Shown piece by piece: positions 24,297-37,886 of a stretch of 64,000 nt of DNA. Below the pieces are notes generated by a model. That model saw only the letters and a program-made list of their open reading frames with translations. It was not told the DNA's origin and searched no databases. Within the stretch, counting starts at the first letter, position 1. Each line of letters starts with the position of its first letter. The DNA lies in NCBI GenBank assembly GCA_038496445.1, contig JALMLS010000216.1, forward strand, positions 496,001-560,000, in the 5' to 3' direction. The translations under genes were made by a program, and so were the position numbers. This DNA comes from Trichosphaerium sp. ATCC 40318. Taxonomy: Eukaryota > Protista > Tubulinea.

Positions 24297-25931
24297 TTAA
24301 AAGTACAGGTTTATTTGGAGCAATAGTATTATCACTAGTAAAATTGATGGTGCCACAATACATCCTCCGCTTTGTTGTTTATGTGTGACACGTGCTGATA
24401 TGGGAGCAAACAAAGGAGCATCAGTTGCAGCGAAGAAATTCACTACTAACGGTCTTAGCTTTGACACAAGATCAAGAGCAGATTTCATATGACCGCCTTG
24501 CTTATTTTGTAGCAATAAGCCATAGTAATTCTCTTTCCTGTCGATCCACATAACAAATCCAGCTTGATCTAGACAACGAAAACGTAAGCTCCTCTTCCAC
24601 AAAAAAAAACAAACAAAAAAATCGTACTCATTTGAACATAAGTACCAGCATGAGCTCCACAGTCAGGTTGCCATGTGGCACTTTTACATTCTATCCAAGC
24701 ACCCATGCTAGCATGCCATGATTCGCCTATAAGTATACTAGGCGGAGGGTACACCCACTTCTTGTTTCGTGTCGCATCTATAAAGCAATTAGTTAAAACC
24801 CATCCAGATAAATAGCTAATCGCACCATTCTCTAAATGTTGGTACGTGTTTGGCCAAAGTGTCTTATTAAAAAATGCCTGAAACAACGTTTCAAACTGAT
24901 CAATATAAATCATCACTCCTGTACGTATTATACGACTGGAAAATAGAGGTGGTACAACAGCAGGTAACTTGAGAGGGCGCTTAACAAAAATTTCAAAAAT
25001 GTCTTCAAATAAAAGACCTGTAGCTGCCTCTGCCATTAACTCTAACCAATGTTTTAGTTTGTATCATATTGCAGTATAATAATAACCGTACCAGCAATAA
25101 GGAGATGACCACTACTTTCAAAGAAGTGGGTGTCTAAACTCAGGTTAAAGCAGTATTTTTTGAGAACAGATGCTCACCTGTTTTGTATATCATTGCCGTG
25201 TTGTAGATCTCCTGAGCGCAATCCATACTTGCTCCTTTCCTTGTTATAAGGCGAGATAAACATGGTATATCTAATACACCAATACCAGACGTAGAAGACA
25301 AGAGGTGCTACGTCACCGTTAAGATTCGTTCAATTTGTTTGGTTTTTTCGATTTATTCCACGTGCCCGAAGTGTAACTCTCCCTCGCTCATCCGTAGTGT
25401 TAGTTGTCCACCAGGGTAGATAAACTGCTGGTGAATCTGATAATTGAAGCTTCCCTAGCTCTACGAGCCGTAAAATTGTTGCCGACGCGACCCATTGCGA
25501 TGCTGTTTGTATAGAGAAAGGCTCCAATAAAACGCCTAGAAAGCAACATGAGAACAGTACAACACCAAGATAGTTGTGGTAACGCAGCGTTGATTTCGTT
25601 TTATTTTACGACGTCACGTCATGTGTTGTTAAAAGGATAAATCACGTACTATTCCTTGCGTTCCAGCGCTTTGTTTCGAATGTACCGTTACGGATGCGTC
25701 CTACTCGTAGTCTGGTAACACAGTTAAAACAGTAAAATGTATCAGAATAAGCTCTTTGGGTAGTAAAATGCGTTGCGTTGCCTCGTACCCATAGTTCTCG
25801 ATACCAAAGTTTGCTATTGCCCATTTCATGTACAGGTCGGCTGCTTTAATGTTCTCATTCGCGTACGTAATGCCCACACACAAAAGAAGCGTACAAAACA
25901 ATAACAATGGTACACTAGTTTTGTATTCCAT
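24297..25931 (-). CDS. Beta-lactamase/serine-hydrolase-fold surface protein with catalytic motifs substituted; signal peptide and GPI-like tail
   Basis: FSIQTASQWVASATILRLVELGKLQLSD..YLPWW..VTLR, MAEAATG and GFVMWIDR are class C beta-lactamase-family patterns; both termini are hydrophobic. Confidence 0.8.
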
Positions 25932-26170
25932 CTAACCAGCTTAAACACGAAGGATACGTTGGCAACTTGTTGTGGGGCCTCAGGTGAATTTGAATAGCTA
26001 AATAAAAATAAAAAAGTTTGACTTTTTGGGTAAGACGTACTTCCTACACTGAGGATGCACTAAAGTGTTTTAAGGTTGAACCGACAATACACAGTTTTCT
26101 AAAGGCACAATCACGGAATCCCACTTAAGTCTTCTTCCTAAGTCTATTCAGCAACGTGGCTTTGACAGCA

Positions 26171-27660
26171 ATGGATTTGTTCGATTTAAAGGCATATTAC
26201 TACATTGGGGCTTATACCACAGCTCTAAGCGAAGGTCAAAAAATACAGAGTGACGATGAGCAAATTCGTCTTGGAAGGGATATTATATTGTTCAGATGCT
26301 TGTTAATGCGAGGTGACAATGACGCCGTATTAAACGCTATCAGCGAAAAATTTCCTCCTGCTTTGCAAGGCGTTAGATTGCTTGCGGAATACGCCAAAAG
26401 ACAAGGTACATTTTAGCTCATTTCATCATGATTACATTTAATTTCACTTGGCGTATTGCTTGTAGCTACTACGTTACTATTACGCCTTTTTACGAGCGAC
26501 AGCTTACGTTGTTTTAGCGAGTGGTGAAAAAACGACTGTATTAGAACAAGACCTAGCAACCCGTTTAACTGAGTTATCTTCTATGCTTGTAGACGAAGAT
26601 TTTCGCTTTCACGTTGCCAGGATTTACTACAACATGGGCAACTTTGAGGAAGCATACAGACAGGTGTACAACTGTACAGGCTTAGAAGGGTACGTATAAG
26701 CGCCGTTTACACTTCATTTTACAAAAAACACGTAAACAAAAAATAACAATTTATTGACGCCGTTATGTCCTTATATGCCTTAGTTTGGGTCTTCTTGCAA
26801 ACATTTACGTTGCAATGAACCGAATAGACCTCGCTCAAGAAATACATAAAAAGATGCTTGATGTTGACAAGGATGAAACAGCGCTTACACAATTGACACT
26901 TGCCACACTTGCTATTAATTCAAACCCACGTGCTGCCAGTTTTATATACCAAGACTTAATTGATAAATACGGTACGTGGTAGCTGATGTTTGGAAAGACA
27001 AAGACAAGCACACCTTTCAACGTATTTTTTTCCTTTTTTTTTTGGGCTCCTCTGACAACGAGGATGATTTACTTGGGTGACATTGTGTTGCTGTAAAAGA
27101 TTTTTTTGAGAAACTACAGTACTATGCGTTCAAATTCTTCATGTATAGCACTGTACTACGTATGGAATGTTTTACTTATTTTTTTCTGTTTAGAAGAAAC
27201 TGTCTTTTTGTTGAATGGTCTTGCTGTATCTCACATGCATCAAAAACAATGGGTAGAAGCTGATTCCGCACTTCAACAAGCACTAGAGTTGGTACGTTAA
27301 TATTCTTGCTATGATCTACTGTAGTAGTAAATACTATAAGCTAAGCTTTTGATCGCCTCAAAATTTTAGTTTTACTGTTTTTGTTTTATTGACCTTCTTT
27401 TTAGGATCCTAAGAACGCTGAAACTCTGGCAAATACTGTAGCATGTTATTATCATATGGGAAAACCTACGGCAGAGATTGACGCTCACCTAGCGTAAGCA
27501 TTTTTACTACTTTTTTTTATTCATCATTTTTTGGGTTTTTTTGACATGTTGTTTTAGTAAGGTAGTGAACACTTCTCCAAAGCATGATTGGTGCAATAAA
27601 CTTCGCATGGTTCGGGATTCATTTGATAAATACGCCCAAAAGTACAGAGATAGTAGATAG
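26171..27660 (+). CDS. COPE: Coatomer subunit epsilon
   Basis: DLFDLKAYYYIGAY, MNRIDLAQEIHKKM..DETALTQL, FIYQDLIDKY, LLNGLAVSHM, ALELDPKNAETLAN. Confidence 0.93.
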
Positions 27661-28154
27661 ATAGTTAAAACAAGAAAATGCCAATAAACCAGTTTTATGA
27701 TTAAAATTCTTCGGTTGTGTAACCTTTTTTTAAATATAAACTCAAAGAGTACATGTGTACTTGGTACTTAAATATTCTGTTGCGCCTAGATGATTAGTTT
27801 TCGTTTTTGCCTGAGTCACAAATGTACAAAAGCACCAAAAGTTTGAAACCCGTTCAAGTATTTTTAGGGTTTTTTGAAATACAATATTCCTTCTTTCTTA
27901 CCACGTAATAAATATTTAGTAAGTACCCTCAAAAGTGCTACGTTGTACAGAGGGGTTGTATGCTCATACAGAGTGTATTGACTGATTTAGGACTTCTTTT
28001 TTTGATGTTTAGTTTTCTGACAACAGCTCGGGGTTAATAGGTTTCTTCTGTTGTTCTTTAGGTTATTACACGTACTGTACGCATGAGTAGAAGCGATAGG
28101 TTCCGTATTCTGCAAATAGCATCTCACATTCAGATCAAAGCAAAAATGCCTTAG

Positions 28155-31100
28155 ATGGAAGTCAAACCTTATCCAAATTCTCAGTTGTTCTTTACAGAAA
28201 TCCGCAGTACATCAACGGGTGTAGTACACAACAGTGTAAGAAAGGTTGTATGTGGTGTGCGGAGTTTATACCTATCGAGGTTCTGTACATTGTTCTTATA
28301 AGTGTTATAACGCTTATTGGTGTTGCATTAACTTCATATCGGTGCGAAAGACTTATTGGAGGATCGTTCGGACGTTTTGGATCTAAAACTCCTGTAGGGC
28401 AAAATCAGAACGAGAGACGCCATTGACGTTACATCAAGTAACAATGACACTCGCTAGAGTGAGTAACCTCAAAAAAGAAAAAAACAATAACGTTTTCATG
28501 CAATCGTTACTTATTTATCATCTTAATAGCTCTCCACACCTTATTGGGTATTCGACATTAAAAATAAAGGCATGTTATGGGCAAACGACGCGGCAATTAC
28601 CCTTTGGGCAAAAAACGATCTTAATCATCTCCTCAAACAAGACTTCAAGACAGACATGTCAGATGCCACAAAAGCAAGATTACTTTTTTACGAAGAAGAA
28701 TTTGCGAAAAACAAGGTTCGTAGATAGATCTACAACATAACGCGCAATTGCTTCCAAAAGGGTTTGCTGAAATACAGTTCAATCGCCGGATTGATTTTTT
28801 CTCCGCTGAAGTGTAGGCCGAAAAAAGGCGTTGGGTTTTTTTTATAACACCTTAACGTGCTTACTATTACATTAGTCCGTAGAGGAGAACTGGAATTTTT
28901 ATCCGAACGGTGTTCCTACACGTGCTACTTGTATATGCCGAGGTATGTATCACGTGACTGCGTAGAGTGGTGATCCTACACAGATTTGATTTGATTTGGA
29001 ATTAATTGGATTGTAGGTATACAACATAACGGTGTGACTGTAATGCTTGTTGAGGCTATACCAGAAGCAACAAATACAATCAAAGCAGAAGAAGTTCGTA
29101 TTGTTGAAAGCATGAGGCATCTTAATAGTTGTGTATGCTTGTTTGATGAGAAAGGAGAAGAGATACTGTATCAGAACCCAATTTCCTTCGAGGTAACAAA
29201 GCATGGATCTTTTTTTTTTCTTTTTACCAAGCTCCCTATTTACGCTCTATAGACTTACGGCAATACAACGAGTCTGAGTGACCTCCTAGTATCTGATGAA
29301 GACATCTTCGGGTTCTTACAAACAGAATCAATCTACCAAGGAGAGTGTCGTATGAATACAAAGGTATTTTTCTCTCGTTTGGTCTTTTTTGTTGTGGTTC
29401 CTTTTTGTGAATTGTTTTTTGTAATTTCCTTTTTTGTAGAAAGGACAAAAGTGGTTTCTCATAAAAGTTCAGAAACTCAATGATCCTATTACTGGTAAAG
29501 ATGTTATATTGATGCATAGTACTTCTATTGAAATGCAAAAAAAAGCGGAGTCTTCTGTACAATACACAAAAGATTTCCTTGCATACATGAGCCATGAGAT
29601 ACGGTACACAACAACAAAAACGATTGAAAGAGAAAAAAAACCGTTGAGTCTACGGAGTTTCACAAAAGATTTTTGTGAGCGCAAGCCTAACTCCCTCCTC
29701 GCTATTAGGACACCTCTCAATGCTGTTATTGGTTCTGCGGAGATTATGGTTTCTGCTACAGCGTCAGATAAACTCCATGATGAGTTAGATGAAGCTCTTA
29801 CAACTATAAGATCAAGCGCACTTTCTCTTCTCAATGTTGTAAATGGTATATTGGATATTTCAAAGATAGCTCAGGGTGGGTTTGACCTTGTCCCTACGCA
29901 ATTTAAAATAACAGATTGTGTTCAAAATACTTATAATACATGTAAACTTATCGGAAAAGCACAACAAGTCACTTTAAACAAAGTTGTTTGTGAAGAACTA
30001 GAAACACAAGAATTATATCAAGACAAAGGAAAGCTTGAACAAGTTCTCATCAACTTGATCAGTAACGCTATAAGATTTACTCCAGAAGGAGGTACGTTTA
30101 AAGAGATCCATTTTACAACAAAATATTTTCTTTTAGGTTCAGCTGCACGTGATCTAACATGTGATTTTATTAAGGTGTCGTTACTTTAAAAGTGTCTCAA
30201 GATGATAAGGATATGTGTACATTTTCAGTGAGTGACACAGGATGTGGCGTTCCGGAGGACAAAATTAATAGTTTATTTGTTCCTTACTTTCAAGTTGGTC
30301 AACAATCAGGTACGCAACTTGTGACTCCCTTTGTTTTCTTTCTATTTTTTGACAACATTCTCGTTCTTTTCTTGTTTTTTGTTTGGGGCAAGTGTATCTT
30401 AAAATACTTTATATGTGTTTAAACAAATATCAACCTCATCAAGTTATTAATTAATCATGTATTTTATAGGTGGAACAGGTCTTGGTTTAAACATTTCAGA
30501 AAAAATAGTTTCATTGATGGGAGGCGAATTAAAGGTTGATAGTACTGTTGGTAAAGGATCAACATTTTACTTTTCTATACCATCGGGTCCGGATACAGGT
30601 ATAAAGAAACGCTTATCACCAAGAGAGATGGTAGATCTTGAAAAAAACCAGTAAGTAACCGTTTCCTTAGTTGAACTATAAACGTGTACTGATGATTTTT
30701 CTTCCTTAAGGAACACAACTCTTTTGATTAAAAAACCGAAAGAGAAAGCTTCGAAAATGAGTATCCTTGTTGTTGACGATAACTCTGTGAACAGATTGGT
30801 CTGTGTAGCATTACTTAAAACACTTGGATATCATGTGCGTGACCGAAATATGATTTAAAAACAAAGCATTCTTGTAATTGTGATAATTGTTACTTACTTT
30901 TCTTCGCTTCATAGAATACCTATACTGCTGTTGACGGTCAAAATGCTATTGATTTGTGGAAGGAAAAGCACCATGATGTTATATTAATGGATTACGAGAT
31001 GCCAGTAAAAAATGGTTTGGCCGCAACAAAAGGTATTAATTCTGTTTTTCTTGCCTTAAAACGAGGAGCTCTTCCAAACGTTCAACCTTTTTCATTCACT

Positions 31101-31378
31101 CACTTTCATTTCTAGAAATCCGTAGTATGTGTGGTAGTGACGTATGTCCTATTATTGTAGCTGCTACAGCGAATGTACTACCTGAACATTTAACACGATC
31201 ACTAGAAAGTGGTAGCAACTTGCACGTGATTTTTTCGTCTTAAAAGAACTTTCCTCAAAGAAAAAAAACTTACTTTGTTTTTAGGTTCCTTGGTAAACCA
31301 TATACTCGTAAAGGCCTCGAGGATGTTCTAACTGAATGCTTTTATATGAAATACCTGAGAATACCGAATACCAAGTAA
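28155..31378 (+). CDS. Cytosolic hybrid histidine kinase (PAS-like, HisKA, HATPase, receiver); start uncertain
   Basis: [25 protein letters not shown] sensor region; [10 protein letters not shown]|TPLN; [14 protein letters not shown]; DTGCG; GGTGLGL; [22 protein letters not shown]. Confidence 0.92.
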
Positions 31379-31802
31379 ATGAATAACACGTAGGAGTAGT
31401 AAGGTGAAGACAACAGCAACATGGAGAAAAAGAAACTCTCGTGCTGCATGCAATAGCAACACAGTGTAGATTCGCGAAGGAATATGTAAGGCCGATATCT
31501 ATAGACTAGAACGACATAAGAGCGCGCATGGTAAATTGTCGGGAAACAGAACTAGAATGAAACGACAAATGGATGACAAAAACCAAGAAGTAAGAAAGAA
31601 AAAACAAAGCTGTGCACATAGAAATAAACGGACTCATCCAGTAATTGTTAGAATAAATAAATCGCTAAAAAAATTTTAACGGTTTGTTTTTGAAAGAAAA
31701 GCTTAATATCTGACTGTAATGGTAGACCAAAAAACAAGGGAATAATTAAGTTATACGTGGTTTTTATTAAATGTCAACTTTTGACAATTTTTTTTTTTCA
31801 TT

Positions 31803-33965
31803 TTAGGTATTTGTTTCCTCCACTGTTCCACGTCCGTCTTCTACTGTACCAACGGATTTACTTCCACTCCTCGAATCCATGTTGTATGAAGACTTGCTAT
31901 TAACTTGATTGGAAGCACCAAAAAAGTTAAGAATCATCAAAGTAGACGCAAGTGATAACATGATGTACAAAGTCGAGATTACAATAACATGAGGAACAGG
32001 TATACCCAATACAGGTGTTGCTGCCATAAAAGACATAAGTACATATACAACTAAGCATGCACCGCCGCCAATAGCACGGATAGTAATCTAACACAAAAAT
32101 AAGCACAAAATCCGAAAAAATCAAAAAAAAAAAGCAAGAGCGGAGACACATACCCATTTCAAAGCATTCAATGACTTTGATTTCTTTGCTGATTTTGCTG
32201 ATAGTGTAGCAATAGCTCTTAGTACACGGTATCCAGTGATACTATAGAATATAACTATAACCACAAAAGTGATCACAAAGAACATTGCTTGTACTACAAG
32301 CACTGTTGTTTCAAATCCACCCAAAACAAGCTTTGTAATATCGAGACTTATCTCGAAAGCAAAACAGAAACCGACAAAAATGAAGAAGAATATACGAAGC
32401 TTAGGGATGAATGAATTCAATTTGATCATACGAGAGTGAAGAAGGTGATGCCTAAACAAGATAGTGAGTATATAAACGTAAAATTATTTTTATGAGTACA
32501 AAGAAAGATAAGTCCCGAAAAAAAAAGTCCGCCGAAAGTTTTCTTCCCTTGTAGTGCGTTTTATTGATTATTTTCCATTTTCCTTCCATACACAACAATA
32601 CCGTACGTTATATTTTGGGTAGTAATAAAGGTATTGCAAGGAAGTTGGAGAAGAAAATAAGAGCAAGAATTTGGTATTCGAATGAAAAAAATATCAGAAT
32701 AACTTAAAAAAAATACATACCATTGAAGCGTCAACAACAAGAACGATGCAGTAGTGAAAGAAGCACCAACAGTACTTAATACTTCACCAAGTCTTTGAGG
32801 GTAAACACGTCTAGACTGTAAGGGGTCTATGTAGTAAAATATGCGAACTAAAGCACAATACGTTAGCAAGCGTAGATAATAGATAAAAAGAAAAAAAATC
32901 CAACATCGCTTAACATTAGACTAACTTAGCTACAAACCCCAAAACGGAAAAAAAAATGAATGCTACATTTTAACGTACGTAAGTTCGCAATAATCTCAAG
33001 GCATAGGATAACAGTAGGTACAGGTGTAGCCCTGAGTTGACCTTTTGCATAACCATTGTATAGCCTCTTTGAAGCGAGAATGATATTAAACACTTGCCAC
33101 CCCAAAAGTGGAATTTGTATTATAAGCATATAAGCTAGAGAACCTATTACTTTGCGCTAAAAAAAGTACTATCAGAAAATAATTGTACGCTACATTTTAT
33201 GTAAATGCAAAAGATACGCATATACCGAGTCTAATACTGCTAAAAACTTACCCATTCATTGGGCTCTGGTATAATTGTTACGTTTACGAACACATTAGAG
33301 TCTACAATCTCTTGTAGAGCCATGTAGTCTTTATCGCCTATGTCAACGCATATAATTTTTATATCTGAATCATCTGATGCTGCGCCATCAGTGTTGTAGT
33401 AGGTAATTCCTCCTTGAGAGTCGTCAGACGATATTTGTAGAATAACTGCTAAAGCGCCCTCATTTGTTAATCGACTGCATTAGAAAACCAGTTAGTTTGA
33501 TAATATCAAAAAGACAAGGAGGTTCGTAGTTTGTTCGAAAATAGAAACCAACTTGTTTTGAGCTCTTCTTTGGAAACCAAATGAATCAATGGTATAGAAT
33601 AAATACTCACATGAGGCTTGGTTCCGCGCCTGTGCGGAAAAAATCATCTTTTGCAAGTAACACTACTTTTCCAGCTGCTGACTCGTTTCTCTTTGCTATT
33701 GTACCAGTTACAACCTTATTGAGGTCGGGAATACCGTCAAAACTAAATTTGAATTAGAATAACCACAAAAACCCTAAAACGCACGGTAAAATAACAGAGT
33801 TCGGTATTTCTGTTGTATTGCCATCTGGTAACACCAGTTTTAATTCGGCGCTTACCAACGGAGCAAACAGCACAGCTACAAAAATATTATAAAAACATTC
33901 TTAATCTCACTACTATCTAACGTACTTAGTAATAACGCTACTTTTACTACGGTTGTTGTTACCAT
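31803..33965 (-). CDS. Signal peptide + PA-like ectodomain + 7-transmembrane receptor-like protein
   Basis: AAGKVVLL..EGALAVIL..IICVDIGDKDY..VNVTI matches the protease-associated (PA) pattern, followed by seven hydrophobic segments and a Ser-rich tail. Confidence 0.72.
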
Positions 33966-34122
33966 TTTCTATTTTGCTTTTATACCGTGGCTATCAATCT
34001 TTGGGTACAGTGATCCGCGTTGTATAATATTGATGTATGGTGAGGTACGCCAAAAACAACTCACTTGGTGCTTAGTGTTTTAAGTTTTGTCAGTTTGAAT
34101 TAATACGAGACTTTATTCCGAA

Positions 34123-36194
34123 ATGGCAGTCCATAGGTGGTTGCAGGATATTTCCAGAGCCATCAATAGTGAAGATGGCGCTTCAATGGCACAAATATTT
34201 CGGTTGCGAAATAAACGTTTTAATAATCGATTGACTGGAGAAGCGAGGAGGGTGTGTTGCATAACAAATACCTTTTTGTGCTGATTCTTTGTAGATTTCA
34301 AATCTGACAGCCTTTTGTCAGAGCAAGCTTCCTAAGGGATGGCACGGTATATGCGCAGCGCATTTGAACTGTACGATTAACCTCGCTGATGGAGATGATA
34401 AAAAAGCGTCTACGGCTCAAATACACGTTACCAAAGCGTAAGAATCCATAATACAACATTTTTAACGCTATTAGGTTGCGTATTTCAGTTTTAAAAAACG
34501 TAAACACTACAGCATGGCTTGTGCCACTTCTAGAAACTGTGTATGTTGACTTGAGACTAGTTGCGAAGAGAGTAAGTTAATTTGTAGAATACAATCATAT
34601 TTTATTCGCTTAGCAATGCTGGCACGCTAAAACCTAATGTTTGAGAGCGTTGGGACCGCAACAAATCAATTATTAATCAGTTTAGGCAAGCAAGTTGGAA
34701 TCGTCAAACGAGAGCCTGTCAGCTGCCGCACAAGAAATGAACTACATGTTAAAAGATATGGCGATGGTTACAAGTAGTACAAAACGTGATATTCAACAAG
34801 CCATGCTTGCAATTGCAAATAATGTATTTAAGATATACTTTGAGGTACAGTCAAATACAAGCTATGTTGCTTCATTCTTTTTGATCAAAAAAAACTCGAA
34901 GACAACGCTTGCGAAATAACGCGTTTATCATCGTTCTTTTGGCTCTCCTGTTGTCTCTCTTGTTATATCACGTTGTGGTAATTCAGTATACTTACTATAG
35001 TGCATTAGTTGAAGCAGCTCAATTGGACAAGAAACGTAACGAACTTGGTGTCTAGGTCACATTTGGGTTTGCATCAATTTCCTGTTTCACATCATGTCAC
35101 ATTTGTCTATTATACAGGCCGTCTGACATTATTCAATGGTGAATGTGGAAAGGTAATGTGATTATTTAAACAATACCTAAGATGTAATAGGCTACCAAAG
35201 AATTGACGCTCGCATTTGAAAAATGTTCAAGAAATTATCCAAGACAGAAACGGTAACCTTTTTTTTTTCTTCGTTCGTCTGCCTTAAGCAGTCAGCATTG
35301 AGCTTCAGTTTTTTTGTTGGCCAGAGCCAATTTTCTTGATGTATATGTTTACAATGTCAAAAAACCTGCAATCGTGTACACGTGATATGAATACGATTTT
35401 TTTTTTCATTTGGAGGCACTAAAAATACTTGGTTTCCTCTAGTTGTCACTTGCTCTTATTTACTTTTTTTAGGTTAATCTTATTTTATTTAATTACTGCA
35501 AACCTCCTTTGTGGTAGATTTCCTAAAATGAGGTTACTTGAAAAGTACAACATGGTTGAATATGTAAATCTTGTCGAATCCGTATGTTTCTATCTTCTTG
35601 CTTCTTTCTTTTTTCTAAATTATACTAGTTGCGTTACGGAAATATAAGAGGGTTTGAGGACGCTATGCAACAGCACCGTTCTCTTTTTTTGGAGCGTGGT
35701 GTTTTTTTTATTCTAGAACGTCTTAATATTTTACTGTACAGAAACTTTGTAAAGCGTGTGTACGTCTCTGTTTATCCTGCTCACCGTTTTCTCTTTTATT
35801 TTATTCTTATTTTTTTATTAAGATACCTTGTTCTTGGAAAGAATATCAAGATGAGGATGCAGGTATTCATCGGTACGTGCAACCAACTCGAAAGCATTTG
35901 TTTTTTCGATTCGATTTGTTTTTTATTATTTTTTTGATTACCTCTGGGTCTGTTGGAGTAACAAGAACTTCCCCGTTAACAATACAATACAATGCATTCT
36001 TACTTTTACTAATTTATATCTTAGATGCTCTGCGATTTATGGGATGTGACACAGATATTGATGAGTTGGAGTGTATTTTAGCAAATTTGATATACAAGCA
36101 GCATGTCAAAGGTTACATTGCACATAAAATGAAGGTATTAGTTCTACGTAAAAGAGACCCATTCCCGGTTTACAAGGACAATTCTGATTCATAA
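34123..36194 (+). CDS. PCID2: PCI domain-containing protein 2 (Thp1/Csn12; TREX-2)
   Basis: [73 protein letters not shown]. Confidence 0.92.
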
Positions 36195-36696
36195 ACCCAC
36201 AACAATAAAACGAAAAAAAAACCCCCTAAAATAAAAACTGGCATTCTGGAACCACTGTACAAGATGACGAAGCCGAACTTTTGCTTTGTAGCATTATTAT
36301 CACTGTATATGAAGATAATAACGGTTCATTGGGTAAGAAGAAGGCCCACTTGCTAGTAGTTTTTATGAACAAAACATTTCAACATATAAGTAACAAAAGT
36401 GCTGTTAGTGAGCAGTTTTCAGAAAACCATGGTTTTGTTGTATATTGTACATGTACAATAAACAAATGCCAAGGCTGCAAGCCCAAAAGAATTTGTCGCA
36501 TTTTTTGCTCGAGTTTTCTAAAGACGAGTAAATTTTACCGTAGGTATATTCAATGAAAAGATAGCAATACACTTTACCCTATTGGTAGGTGAGTGGAATA
36601 GTATTATTCGTAATAAAGGGAAGCTTTTGGGTTCTGAAATATGGGAGTTTTCAATAGTTTAGAATATTACGTATCAAACAAGTTGGTTTCTTTTCA

Positions 36697-37886
36697 ATGG
36701 AGGAACAAGTCCTGGACGGACCATTTTGGTTTAGAATTTTAGGTAGTGTTATCGGTATTGGGTGGTTTATCGGTTTGCTTGCTTTTTGTATTAAGGCTCT
36801 ACTTTACAAGACACCTCGAAAAACAACAAAAAAGAGTAATGTCAAATCAACAGCTACAAAAAAAAAGCAATCTCAAGAACCAACTGAGACAAACAGAACA
36901 ATAGACAAGCCAACAACTGAAACAAAGGAGCAATTATCAACCAAGACAAAGAGAATAACATCCCTTCCAAGACAACAAGTTGTCGAAGAAGGCGAAGAAA
37001 CTAAGGCAACTTCAAACAATGAAGAAAATAAAGAAAAAATTATCGAATCAATGGCTGACATTCTTCACCCTGAACTATTGACAGAGATCTATAACATCAT
37101 AGTAAAGGATAATGATAGTCTTCTACAACAAAACTGGGTTTTGTTGGGTAGAAAATACGCATTTTCTTCAATGTATAACAAAAATTTGAGATACATGGAC
37201 AATATGTTACTTTTAACAAATACGGAATTTGTCCAAAAGCTAAAACATTAAAACCATACACTGAAACATGTCAATACATCAACGGTCTTCGACATGGCGA
37301 ATACACTTCAACATGGCTCAAACAAACTTCATATGAAGGTGATGAAACAAGACTAAGAAGTAAACGTCAGTACATCATGGGTATCGAAGATGGCGATGTA
37401 GAAGAGTATACATATGATGGCAAAATTGCTTTAAAATGTACAATGGTGAAAGGTAAAAAACATGGTTTGTATGAAAGAAAATATCCAGAGAAAGAAAAGG
37501 GAGAATACAACATGGGAACTAGAGTAGGTTCATTTGAGTGTGAAGAGGATACTTTCGATTTTGATGAGTGCGGTAGGATTAAAAGCTCAAAACGTTGGTC
37601 ACGTGTTGTTACTTTTACACCACCTGCTCCTTCTATAGCTAAGAATATACTATCATCTCTATCACGGTACTATGAAGTAAGCTATAAACTTAAAGCAATA
37701 CCTTCTGGATGGAATGGTATTATTACAGTAAAAAGAGAAGGAGAGCAAACGTCATTATTGACATGTGATTGCAAATTGAACCCGATAATACATCAAACCT
37801 ACGAATGTTCTAAAGGGGCTACTGACAAATGTACTTTAACAAGAGAATACACACTTTGTGATAAAGTTGATGAAGGCTGGGATTAG
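36697..37886 (+). CDS. TM-anchored F-box-like + MORN-variant repeat protein interrupted by a -1 frameshift near 37182
   Basis: ORF1 has an N-terminal TM and LHPELLTEIY..NWVLLGRKY. The -1 frame is open from ~37179 to 37886 with IHGQY, YINGLRHGEY, YIMGIEDG and VKGKKHGLY repeats. Confidence 0.6.
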
